64,000 nucleotides of DNA, from NCBI RefSeq assembly GCF_963853765.1, contig NC_088856.1, positions 35,712,001 to 35,776,000 on the forward strand, written 5' to 3'. A model generated the notes under the pieces. It saw only the letters and a list, made by a program, of their open reading frames with translations. It was not told the origin of the DNA and did not search any database. This DNA comes from Magallana gigas (Eukaryota). This document shows, in pieces, positions 52,181-64,000 of this stretch. Numbering within the stretch: the stretch's first letter is position 1; the number at the start of each line of letters is the position of its first letter. The translations under genes and the position numbers were made by a program.

Positions 52181-55100
52181 CTGCAAAAGAATCATACAGT
52201 GATAACTTCCTTGATAAAAATGAAGAATCTATTTGTAACTCATCTCCAATGGATAACACTCGACTTAATTATCAACTTCTGATTAGTTGATGTTTATTTT
52301 GATATCAACTCTGTACTGACAGGACAAACAATTCTATACAATGCCGTTGTATTTTCATTTTTTTTTTGCCTTTTAAAGTTATCAACAAAAAAAAAAAAAA
52401 AAAAATCAAAACATAAAATGGGTCTTCCATTGCTTTTGATGGGACAGGATTATCCTCCTGACAAATGGGAAGTATGCTCAGTTAAAAACCACAACTTGTT
52501 GGATGAAAAGTCATGTCCCACCAAAAATCATTAATGATCCTAAATCTAAATTGAACAGCACCATTTGTACAAACCTAGATACAACTTCGGGAGCCATCCA
52601 ATATGGAGTTCCCACCATGGTCTGTCGTTTGGAGTTATCCCCGCTCAACTGGGCACAGAACCCGAAATCGGTGAGCTTGACCGACCCGTTCATTCCTAAT
52701 AGTACATTGTCACTTTTAATATCCCTATGTATAATACCCTTGGAGTGCAAATAGTTCAGAGCCTGTAGGCACTCGCGGGTTACCGCGGCGATCTGTCCTT
52801 CGTTCATAATGGTTTCCGTGACAACGTCGGTCAGCGCACCTCCATCTAGGTACTCCATGACTACCCACAATTCATTTTTCTCCGACAGGAAGTAACAATC
52901 TAAGAAGTTGACGATGTTCTGATGTCGGTAGGTTTTCATGACTTCGATTTCTGTGATGAGAAGCTCTTTCTTGGGCTGGTTGGCTAAATCCATCGATTTA
53001 ATGGCCACCACTGTATCTCCTTCTTTGATTGGCTTTGCCATGTACACACAACCTGATGCTCTGCAATACCAATTTCAAAGCATGTTTACAAAAGTTTTTT
53101 TGTTAACATTTGAATTTAAATTTCCAAGGCGAATGTATCTTAAAACATTTAACGAATTATTCAAAATTCTACCAAATTTTTCAGAAATCAAATTAAAAAT
53201 ATAATACAGTTGAAGTTTGATATCTTGAACACTGATATCTCGAATACAATGGATATGTCGAAGTGATTCTAAGTCCCAACAACTTATTTTTTCAGTATTT
53301 TACCCTCGATATCTCGATTACTGGGATGTTTCAAAGTGTGTGAAAAAGATTAAGACATTTGCAATTACTATGGAATCATTTTTATTTGGGGTGGGGGGGG
53401 GGGGGGGGTTGTCAATGTTTGTTGGTAGCCATATTTTTTTTTTGGTACTTGAAATGTATATACGTTTGTGGGGATGTAAATTCATGAGCAAGGGTTACCC
53501 ACGAAAGCAACGAACATCGGTCCCCCAGAAACAATGATGATTCCACAGTACTCAAATAAATAATGTTATAAATACTTAAATATTAATATTAATGTTAGGT
53601 AAATCTCCTATGATCTTCAAAAATCATTTCACAAAATAATCAGAGTTATTTCCAGCTCTGCTGTAACTTATAACTCTTATATTATCCATCTGTTCTGTAG
53701 CTTGTTACAGATGTAAATAAAAACTTGTTCATGTATCAACCTATAGCTAGGTTTATAGTACATTTGTAAATGGACTTCTTACCCAGCTCCCAGTTTCTTT
53801 TGAGTGGTGTACTTAGAGGTGGGGTCCCCAGGTGATGCAAGTGCCCCTGATAAAAAAACAAACAAAAAATCAGTAATCAAATGAATTGGAAAACAAGTAT
53901 CTAAAGTTTTCAATTTCAAGAAGTATTTTATCCCTATGACTTGATACATGTATTATTGATAATTATACAAGTATGATGCGGAGTAAAATCTTATTGACAA
54001 TATAAAAGTTTATGTAAATGTGGGGCTGCTCAGGTATGTCTGTTCATTTCTAATTTTAAATATATATATATAGCCTCATTTACACAAGAGCTTCGATAAA
54101 GGGAAGCAATTTACAGAGAAATCAAAAACTTATCCTTGCATCCCCTATTTTCATAAAAATAAAACTTTGCTTTAATCAGAAAGGTGATTTTCCTTGTATT
54201 CATTTGAGTTTAATAAATTCTGAATGAAGCATATACAATACGGACAATTTGTACACTGGAAAACAAACCTTCAAAAAAAAAAGTTTTTAATTGAACCAAA
54301 CTGAAATAATATAATAAAGTTTCTTTAATTTCTTTTCTAAGAAGCAGTTGAACTCACGAAGGCCATTGTTGATTTCTTCGTCTGTCATGTTTTTCTTTTG
54401 AGATTTGGGTCGCCTCTGGATGGCTTCGGCTGGAGGTTCGTTGTCATTGTCGATCGTAATTTTGTTCACACCATCAACAATATCAGTCTTATGCTGCTAA
54501 AGGAAAAAGGGATATAATGGTAACTATGAAAATTAACACAAAATACAACTAAATGTCATAGTTAAATGTTATAGTTTCTAATACATCTCAAAACTTGAGA
54601 AATTGTGTTTATTATCATTCTTTTACCCTCTCATAAATGACTAAACACCATTCTTTGACCCTCTCATAATTGATTCAAAACATTATGTAACATTCATTTT
54701 TTTACTGAAATTTACATCTGCACTTAATTCACAGAAAAACTCATCAAAAATCATCTAACATGTAAAACTTAATTAATCATTTACAGCACAAGAAGTTTAA
54801 TTCAACTTATAAGCAACATTTTTATAACTCAATTGAAGATAAAGTACCAATAGTAATACTGAATGGTTTCCTCTTTTATTTACACACTTACCTCAGCGTC
54901 TGATGGTGTCCTCTCAAAAACGGGGGGGTCCACATTGTGTGGGGCGGGAAGCTTTTCTTCATTTGACTTTTTGCTGTTGCGTTTTTCCTCATCGCTGTAA
55001 TCGAGTTCATCATCGGACTCGGCGATTGACTGTTGAACGTTGATAAACTTGCCCTCCCCAGGTTTTTTCTTGACGGACTTGGTGAAGGTTCGCAGTGAAT

Positions 55101-57694
55101 TAATAACAGCCTCTGGATTGGCTGCCTGGTCAGCTTTCCTTTAAATCGTCCAATCAAAAAGCAAGTTAGAATCTCTCAAGATCAGATTCACTTAAACTCT
55201 ACTTTCAATGTAATTTCTTGAATGCATTGTCAAAATTTATAAATAATTGATGTCTAGGTGATAACTGATTTATTCGGAGAACACAGTTACCGGTACTGTG
55301 AAATCATTAGAATTTGTGGAGGCACAATTTTCATAAATTTCATTGGAAACAAAAAATGTACATCCTAAAAATAAATTATACAACCATTCATCATTTATAC
55401 TAGCAAATCCAGGAAATAATATCAGAATTCATGTAACTGAAAAATTATCAATTCATGAAAAAATGACCTTCACAAATGAAAACGACTTCATGCAGAGTAA
55501 CCCACCATCATGAAAAGTCTTTTCAGCTGACATCACAAGTTGATCATTAAGTTTATATCAATCATTAAACTTTTATTTATCTTTAATTCATCAATAGGAA
55601 AAATAAGCAGATCTATATATTTTGTATATGCGATAAAAATAAAACAGTTTATGACTCAATAAAAACAATGGTATGAAGGAAATGAATTGCATAATAAATT
55701 GCATCCAGTGAGCTTAGATGTCTTCCTCCTCTAAACCCCCCCCCCCAAATTTTTGGTTCGAGTACTAGGGTAAGGGTGGGGTGTTATTCCAAAATAGGAG
55801 AACTTGATTTCATCAATTATAAATAAAGCATTTTGTTGGGCTAGGTAGGTTAATTATATTATTATTAACAACAATATTTAAATTTTGTGATAAACAAAAT
55901 TATAGGTAAATATGCATATATCTAAATAGAATGATATTGTCTGCATGTCTCATGTGAAGTAATTCTTACAGTTGATTCGTACAGATACAATGGAATATGG
56001 TGCTTAGTAATAATACGGTTTATAAGATTATTTTACATGTTTTGATGTCAATAAACAGGGTATGGAGAGGACGTTTTAACGTACTAGCTCTGATTTACCA
56101 GGACTACGAATGGGAAGATTAATTATAATACTTAAATAGAATAAAACTCGCAAGGTATAACAGGTGTCTATATCCTTATCTAATTAATAATTTCATACCG
56201 ACAGCCTATGAAAGAATATGTGTCGGATAATATACCAGTTGTCAGAACAACTTGTCAAAGGATATCCAAGATTACTCAATATATATCAAAGGCTCTCTTG
56301 TCAGAAAAGGAAGATTAAATTGACAATACAAAAGGAAATCTTTTAATTAGATATATACAGGAAGGCTTGCAATATAATGCAAGACTTGCAACATAAAAGT
56401 CGACTAAAGAAAAACCTCCAATATAAACAATGGGTTTTGCTATAAAGGAAGACTTTATAGGAATAGGCATTACGATACTAGAATACTCTTCAAGGAAAAC
56501 TTCCCATACTAATTAAATGTATTAATTAATATAAAGACCAAGACTCATAATATAAAAGGATTAATATGCATGATATGATGGAAGATTTGATATAATGGAA
56601 GACTTGTGATACAAAGGAAGACACTTACGATATAAAAGGAAGACTTACGATATATTGGAGGACTGAAGTAAAGCAGTCCATGCTGGAGGGAGCCCCTCAA
56701 AATCCCCAGTCTCCTGATTAAAACCTACGTGAAAGTTGTGTTTGACGGCTGTGGGGGGACCAATGTTCATGGCCGGGGCGTTATCGGAGGAAGACGACCC
56801 CGAGGGCCGCTTCTTACCACCAATCTTGAAAGGCATGCTTAACTGAAGCAGAAAAAGAAAATAGGCAACGATAATATATACGATTACAAAGCCAGAACTG
56901 TGTGTGTAATAATATAAATACAGTATAAATATCACATAGGAATACATAATCCTCAGTCTCAACCAAATTTTTTTTTCATTGTCAACATGCACCTTTTTTT
57001 TTTTTTTTTTTTTAAATAAGCAGAATAATACTCCTGAATCAATGCTTCTGAATTTGATTTGTCCTCATGGAATTTATTGCAGGATTGACCTTAACAGTTA
57101 ACTTTACAAAGGTGTATGTATTGACAGAAAAAAACAATCATGGTTTTGAGGCTCGGGTACATCTCCATGCTGTACAGTAACAACAATAAGGTTACCGAGC
57201 AATATCTTGTTACGTCTCGCTACAAAATACAGTACATAGTAGAGGTGTATACAATACAAAATGAGTATACATGTACGACATAACACACAGCATGGTTAAT
57301 CATCCATAGGTTCATCACACTTCCAAATACGAAGCATAAAACGCAGCGTAACTCTTGGAGGATTAATAAATTAATGTGGAGGAGGTGATCACAGTCTCAT
57401 TCATAGCTAGAGGAGTAACTTGAGGGCAGATCCAACACAGCAGAGAGGAAGAGGCGGATCCAAGATTCCATGGGTGGGAGTGTGGCGATGATCTACTTAC
57501 GAAATGTCTGCCGATTTCAGCAGTTTTTTCCATGTCTCTGAGAGTATCAGATCTCCCGTGACCATGTCAATATTTATATGCAGGTTGTGTTTGACTCCTG
57601 TTGGCGAGCTAATCTCGTGAATCCCGGAAGCCGAGGGGTCTTTCTCGCTGCTCGCTCCCATGCGGCTTTTGCGGAACTTTTTTATGAAACTCAT
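51862..57694 (-). CDS. PAK3: Span of p21-activated Ser/Thr kinase gene (group I, invertebrate Pak3-like), ~480 aa, with two alternative CRIB exons
   Basis: Exons (57694-57501 or 56836-56649), 55138-54892, 54496-54358, 53846-53783, 53060-52575 and 52180-51862 join in frame (1449 or 1443 nt). Motifs [36 protein letters not shown] are intact. YGKKVD resembles Drosophila Pak3 as recalled. Confidence 0.9.
52575..53060 (-). CDS. PAK3: PAK kinase-domain exon (GASGCVYMA...APEVVS)
   Basis: Acceptor GGTATTGCAG, donor AG|GTTTGT, subdomains I-VIII. Confidence 0.95.
53205..53337 (+). mobile_element. Truncated Tc1/mariner (pogo/Tigger-like) MITE fragment in PAK intron
   Basis: TA-CAGT start followed by repeated GATATCTCGA motifs typical of this class; no right TIR found. 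Confidence 0.45.
53366..53550. mobile_element. Short MITE with TIRs TACTATGGAATCAT / ATGATTCCACAGTA
   Basis: 14-bp imperfect inverted termini including terminal TA; related end TACTGTGAAATCAT at ~55293. Confidence 0.6.
53783..53846 (-). CDS. PAK3: PAK exon ([22 protein letters not shown])
   Basis: Acceptor TTTTTTATCAG, donor GG|GTAAGA, start of kinase domain, phase 1/2. Confidence 0.92.
54358..54496 (-). CDS. PAK3: PAK exon ([10 protein letters not shown]...[14 protein letters not shown])
   Basis: NAGNAG acceptor TTTAG-CAG, donor C|GTGAGT; MTDEEI is the conserved pre-kinase motif. Confidence 0.88.
54892..55138 (-). CDS. PAK3: PAK exon: autoinhibitory segment and acidic linker ([18 protein letters not shown]...PSDAE)
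   Basis: Acceptor TTTAAAG, donor GAG|GTAAGT, phase 2/0. NPEAVINSL corresponds to NPQAVLDVL of PAK1. Confidence 0.85.
56649..56836 (-). CDS. PAK3: PAK alternative first coding exon B with canonical CRIB/PBD
   Basis: [10 protein letters not shown]...[39 protein letters not shown]; acceptor CTTCAG at 56843, donor TC|GTAAGT (phase 2). Confidence 0.9.
57501..57694 (-). CDS. PAK3: PAK alternative first coding exon A with diverged CRIB/PBD
   Basis: [11 protein letters not shown]...[39 protein letters not shown]; donor TC|GTAAGT (phase 2) at the same codon position as exon B. Confidence 0.78.
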
Positions 57695-60600
57695 GATCAA
57701 CGCTCTCTACTGTCTAAAGTTGCTGTATCAAAAAAAACGAGTCAAAGTCAACACTGACAATGGATTATATAGCAAAGGAACCATGAAATCTTATTATATA
57801 TCATTAGGTTCTTAAAATATCTAAGATCACCTCCTGCTTTTTAAAGACAAACACAATACGCCACATTCTGAAATATCTAACAAAGTAGCCAGTAGCCTTA
57901 ATCTTGAACTTACATGTTGTACAGCGAAGAGATTAAATGAATGCTATAAGCTAGTTCATGACTTCCTTATGAAGTCTAGCTTTTAAACCTTCCGAATCAG
58001 CCGGTACCTATACACAAATACAAGGTTCAAAGCAGTAACTGAAGGCATGTTTCCTCAAAATACACCCTAGCTACAATGTAGCTAATATTAGAAGTTTAGA
58101 ACATGTCGACATGTTCAAGTTAACAATAAAAAAATCCCAAAACTTTCATATTTCATATGTTCCATAACAAAAAAATGTCAAGATTAAGAACAAGCATTTA
58201 GCACTAAGATGATTTTCGATGAAGGCAATATTTCTTCATAAAGTCCAGCTGCAAACAATGAAGACCTAAATGAAAAAATATATATAAATCAATGTTTGGG
58301 TCATGCAGAGATATCTTCTAATTAAAAACCTTTGACTTCCTTAATGAACTTTAATAACTACAGGAAGGGGTTTTAATTGCTTTAAAACTTAAAAATTCAC
58401 AGGCAATCGTCGTGACACTGCACGCGAAACACAATCCACAATTAGGTTATTAAAAATTACTGGAACTTCATACAACTCTTAATTTTTCTTGGGTCATCTT
58501 TAAAAGAATTGTTTATTTGCTCTCCCAAGAATGACTGAAGAAAAAGGAACCAAATCGAGATTTTTTTTTTTTTAACACGAACAGAAATTATAATTTATTC
58601 AATAAAAAGCATTTTTCCAACTTCAAAAGCTTGTATATGCTTGTACATTGAACACAAATGTATAAATGTGTTAAATTAATGTGGATTGGAATCCTGTGAT
58701 TTATGTTCAGATAGATTTCAGGACAAGTTTGCGCAACTGAAAAGATTTGGAATCCAGTTTTTGAAATAATTATGCAAGCTCACTCCAATTAAATCTTCCT
58801 ATCTTAAAATCTATCAAACTCTGGCCTACAAAATCAACTATAGAAACTACAGCTAAACTATTAAAAATAGATTATTAACTTTAAGAAAATCATCGTGGAT
58901 AAAAAAACTTACTACCTTGCACTTGATAAGCATTTGACAAGAGAGAACTTATTCACTCATTCTTCACTCATTCACTCAATTACCCATTGCCTTAAAATGG
59001 AGCATTCTAAAAAAACAGCATTATATAAACTACATGCTTAGTAACATCCTTGTCATAATAAAATCATAAAATTTAAGTCTGATAGCGATAGACCTTTTCG
59101 TGCAATTACCATTCGTGACCATAAGCTGATCATGAAATACTGTCATACTTAACTATGTACATGTATTGATTAATCATATCAATTTAAAGTACATGTACGT
59201 GTGCTGTATTTGATTTTATGACTTAATATATAAACACGTACCACTCAACACATGAATGAAATAACATTGTTAAGAAAATCACAACACACGACATGCGAAA
59301 TATCAAATATTATAGATCTTAGATGATCTCCTCCTCCCACTATTTCAATAACAGTCGATCACCAGGACGTAAAGTTACCAGGCGTAAAGTGATTATAATG
59401 CCTTATTTGTACATACATTACCTTGACTATATATCTGATATGAGATTAATCTGAAAAAGCGGTATGCTATATAATTTCTACCCATTGTTCATGGAATTGG
59501 GAATAATTTTTTCAAAGTTAAGAATATACTGGTATTATTTATATATATATGATTTTTCATATTTGGCTCTCATCACTAATTCACTTGCAGTTCATTCAGT
59601 TTGTTTTTAATTGAGTTCATCCTCAAAATTAAAAGTTAAGCAAAGTCAGAAACTTTTAGTATTACATGTATTTCATATTTTCATGATCATAGACCAAGAA
59701 TTTCCTTACAAACCTCAAAACTGAATTTTTAATAAAAATCCATGTACTGTAAAATTGATGCTCATGTGAAGATTGATTATTTATAAAACCAAAGAAGATA
59801 AACTGAGCTAGAGTTCAGATTTCAATATAGTTAAAAAATAGGTACAGTACCAAAATCATGTAATTCACAGTCTCTTTGGACGGGGATATTAGAATTGTGG
59901 TAACAATTAAATAAGTAAGAAATCCATTTTAATGGACTGAACATTTTTGTTTTTGGATCAGTATATAATATGGTGGCTTTAACAATTCATTTTGTCATTT
60001 TCTTTTTTTTTTTTTTTTTTAGGAAAAACAAAATCAAATCCTAGCTGAGATTCATCAAAATACAAATTCAAATGTGGTTAAAACATTTCTTAGGTTGATC
60101 TACTTTTATGTCTCATAAACCTTTGATATGGGAGGACAAAAAACAAACTGCTTCTTCCTGAATAAAAAAAATTGTGTGTATGTAAAACAAACCTACATGT
60201 AAATACAGGTACAGTATTCAGAGCTTCGCGGACAAATTCTCGTAAAGGATTTAAATTCCTTCCTGATGTAGTTATGTCACACAAGATTGAAAAAAAACTT
60301 GAAAATGTTTTAAATATCACATTCCTCGAGAAGAATCACGGTGTAAGAGTTTTGTCACACAATAAGGGGCCACATTCTGTGTGTAAACTGTAATTTGTCA
60401 GCTAGTTCCTTTCCAACACTATATAACTTCCTCAACCCATTCGACAAAGTACTTCACAAACTGTTTTAAAAAAAATAAAAATCCCTATACATTGTACTTA
60501 TCCTATCGTCATACAGTAACTTAGGCCCACTGCATGCACAGTTGTAATGAATATCCATGTAGTTGACAATGATCTAATTAAACGCGCGTATCAAAAAGCG

Positions 60601-62295
60601 GCTCATTATATTTGCAACAGAATAACAGTGCATTAAATACCGCACTCTAGCTGTCTTGTATGAAATTTTGCGTTCCTTCCTTGTACTCGAGGGGAGATTT
60701 TTGCCCAAGTTCTGTTAAACGTCCTGTAATTTGTATGTGTACTATGTTTATATATAAATATATCAGTCAGATTCTTCCTGCATAAAAACAGTGCCTTTGT
60801 TTCCCTGTCTAAAATATGAACAGTCACTTCTCATATCTTCTCAAGCCTGGCAGCCAAACACAAAAAATACCCTGATGCATCCCCCAAATAACTCAACTCC
60901 TCAACAAAAACAAAGATCTACTTCAGCTTCATTGTAACATATCCCATGACTAACAAACACACAATGGCTATCATTTAATCGCGATGATGCATTACTGTAC
61001 AGCGAGTTCGAGTGTCACGTGTCAAGCCTCCTAGGTGAGTGGTAATGTTTAGATGAGTTCAAAGATGTGGCAATCAGGCTCAGTGTAGCAATTAGTCAGT
61101 TGGCAAAACTTCACTGTCTTTGTCCCGGCGTAGCACGTACCTGTAAGCCCCTATATATATATGTCTGTATAAATAGCGTTTGTTGTTGCTTGTTTTTAAT
61201 AGTGTGTTCCCGTTTTTGCACACATTTGATAATTGTATGAGTTCAAAACAATAGGTGTGAATTGTAAGTGTTTTGATAACAATTATAGTCTGCTTTTTAC
61301 CCGAGTTTCAATGGCATTTCAAAGAAGAGTTTAGTGTATAATGTACATATAACCTGGTGCGATTCCTGTGGCTTATATGTACACAATAAGGGGTGGGGGT
61401 GGGTGGTGGTTGAACAATAAACAAAATATTAAAAATTAACCATCCAAAATTGTGCAATATAAATTTACATATAACATATATGACAAAAAATGGGTACATC
61501 ATATAAAATATTGATATATCAATTTTTCCTTGCGTTTTGTAGCTTTGGAACTAGGTATTGAACTATAATTGAAGCATTAAATGTGATACGGAATATAGCA
61601 ATTAGGTAATTAACTTACCTGGACAAATTCCCGTTCTGCACACATTTTTTCTATACTAGATTTTCAAATGTGTGCAAAACGAGAACAAACCGCTTTTATA
61701 TACATTAAAAAAAACCTGGATGGTCATGTCTATTTTTAGACTGTATTGATCTCCTGCAACTTGGAGACATCAGAAGTGAATACCTGTCCCATATAATGCA
61801 TGTACAAATAGAAAGCTTGATTGCTATTCAGTGTCAAAAATTTTTGGAATGCATGTTCTTAATAAATAGAAAATGCATATCTTAATCGACATCATTTTGT
61901 GAGATGTGCACCACCATTAAGTTAAGGTGGTATATTTACCAAAAAATATTCTTTAAAGTTAAGCCACAATTACAATTATTATGAGCCTTGGACCCCTTGG
62001 TTCCAAACAAAAAGTGACTTTGTCTAGAGCACCCCTGCATCCATATCAGGAACTAAGACAATTAATTAAATGATTCTTAAGCTTTTTAAATATATGAATA
62101 TGCATCCTTCCTTTTCCGAGGCTAACTATCCTAGATCATCAAGCTTTTCCAAGGTTCTACAAGTTATATATAAATTAACTGCAAACTATATCAAGTTTAA
62201 GTCCTTAGTATAAAAAATGATTTCCATCAATGTCAATCGATATAAAAAACGTACTAAGTACATGAAGTATTTATTTTGTGTCCAAATTTTGTATC

Positions 62296-62513
62296 AGTCC
62301 AAAATAAAATTGTTTGTTTGGAATTGCCTCCTGCCTCATTGAAATAGCCTCACTGATAAAATTCTAATAGCAAAAAATAAAGAACTTTTTTTTATATGGG
62401 AATTTTTTTTTAATTATCAATTTTTGATATTAGTGAAAAATAGACCACCCTCTCCCCTCCTGGGTCTAGAAACCAGGCAGCAATTCCAAACAAATATTTT
62501 TTCAGGATGGCCT
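62296..62513 (-). mobile_element. MITE, copy 2 (inverted relative to 45899-46120)
   Basis: Reverse complement aligns with 45899-46120 at both termini and the CTAGACCCAGGAGG core. Confidence 0.7.
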
Positions 62514-64000
62514 TATTTCACAAAGTCATGCAGAATCTCATTGTACACAAGAATAACAATATGCAACACATGATATGCCCCGGCCCTTCTGTCAGACAAG
62601 TTAACGAAATATTCTGATAAAAAAGAACTCTATAGTACTATATTCTGCAAAATACAGTAAAACATTATAACCCCCCCTCCTTTAAATTTATAAAGTACCT
62701 ACTAGCTGCCCTATCTGTATATATAGTCATGTAGGTGTAGAACTTCAATGTACTACAATGATCATGTGCAGATGACTTGCCCCATTCTATCAGACAAGTT
62801 AATGTTGAAGTGATAATTGCCGGCCTAATGACATGCCATCATTACTACAGGTACTAGGTAATGGTGACAGTCGTGTCTCTATCCCCTGCAGATACAACCA
62901 AGTCTACCTGTAGTTACACAGGTAGTAACAATATACCTGAAGCTCTCTTTGACCAGAGAGCATGTTCTTACAGATCTATAATAAACCTAAAAGATAGCTA
63001 TCGATACATATCCTAACATTTTTTTAATCCACTTTAGTCACCCCCCACCCCCCAAATTCCTACCTATCTCCCCCCACCCACTTAAAAAAAAAGAAGGTCA
63101 AAATCTTCATTTTTTTCACATTAAACAGTGAAGATTTTACCATAATACAATGAAGTGTTTCATAAATCCAGTTGTAAGTTTGATATGGTAATAAAATGTC
63201 TAGTATCAATTTAAGCAAGTGGAGCACTATAAAGCAACTGGCATGGTAGTAAAACTAATGGGAACAAGAACTAAGTTTTCCAATAAACACTCTGTACACC
63301 ATCATCATTGTCATACCCACTCATGATATCATCGTGTAATCAGGAAATTGAGAATATCTATCTACCTACTATAATAAAGTCCTACAGTGTACTAGTATCC
63401 CAGCTAGTACTCATTACAATACATGCGAGAGAGCTTGGTGATATATTGTTATAATCACTCAAGAATTTTAAAAGCAAATATACTACAAGTACCAAACACC
63501 AAATGCCAGACACCAAAGTTGTACGAATCAATTCGTCACAAGAACTCAGCAAATACATGTACTACCAGAATTCTTTAAAGAATCCACTGAACTTAATACA
63601 TATATGGTAATTTTGACGACAAAGACATTTGCTTTTTTAAATGACAGCTCTGAATAAATTTCCCTGGAAGTCAGTATTTAAACAAAACCAAATAAATATT
63701 ACATCTACTTAGTACACTTTAAATTGTAGCTTTATACTTTTTACAGGTATTTCGCTTAAAGTAACAAATAAGTTCCTATCCAGGTTAAGCAGTTTTTAAC
63801 TAGTTGTACAAATACTGAAATGCCTTTCATATTTAAAAAGCTGATAAGAAAATTTACTCTCCATAACCCAAGGATCAACAGAAGACTGACAAGCGTACTG
63901 TATGATAAAACTGTTTTGGCGTAAAACAAAATCTTGGGAATATCCTATAATCCCGAGACCTGGATTCTGTAGGGGCAGCATCAGACCTAGCTTATCTCAG

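Noticed and set aside
52557-52567. 11-nt perfect complement to miR-29 nt 2-12 (AGCACCATTTG on plus strand) near the PAK donor at 52575
   Set aside because: It is intronic, so absent from mature mRNA unless the intron is retained; an 11-mer match in 64 kb is plausible by chance.
54888-55157. 89-aa ORF overlapping the PAK linker exon
   Set aside because: Wrong frame; the frame carrying NPEAVINSL is the one that joins in phase with neighbouring exons.

Overview
AT-rich eukaryotic genomic DNA. The Helentron-type elements, abundant TACATGTA and miR-29 sequences suggest a bivalve such as a Crassostrea/Magallana oyster (inference). All three protein-coding genes are on the minus strand. (1) Coding exon 1 of Bicaudal D (4150-4365); the rest lies beyond the window start. 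(2) A phase-consistent 12-exon, ~676-aa uncharacterised gene (47602 to 10857) with a coiled-coil segment and a C-terminal WEPLS motif reminiscent of TSGA13. Its third intron hosts two miR-29 hairpins (20450-20515, 24575-24650). (3) A catalytically intact group I p21-activated kinase, invertebrate Pak3-like (57694 to 51862), with two tandem, apparently mutually exclusive first coding exons. Each encodes its own CRIB/PBD: one canonical, one diverged. Repeats include a 1.3-kb foldback element with interleaved inverted arms upstream of BicD, a Helentron-like HINE carrying a 180-bp satellite, several MITEs and microsatellites. Exon boundaries were read by hand from GT-AG signals and codon phase; no database search was possible.
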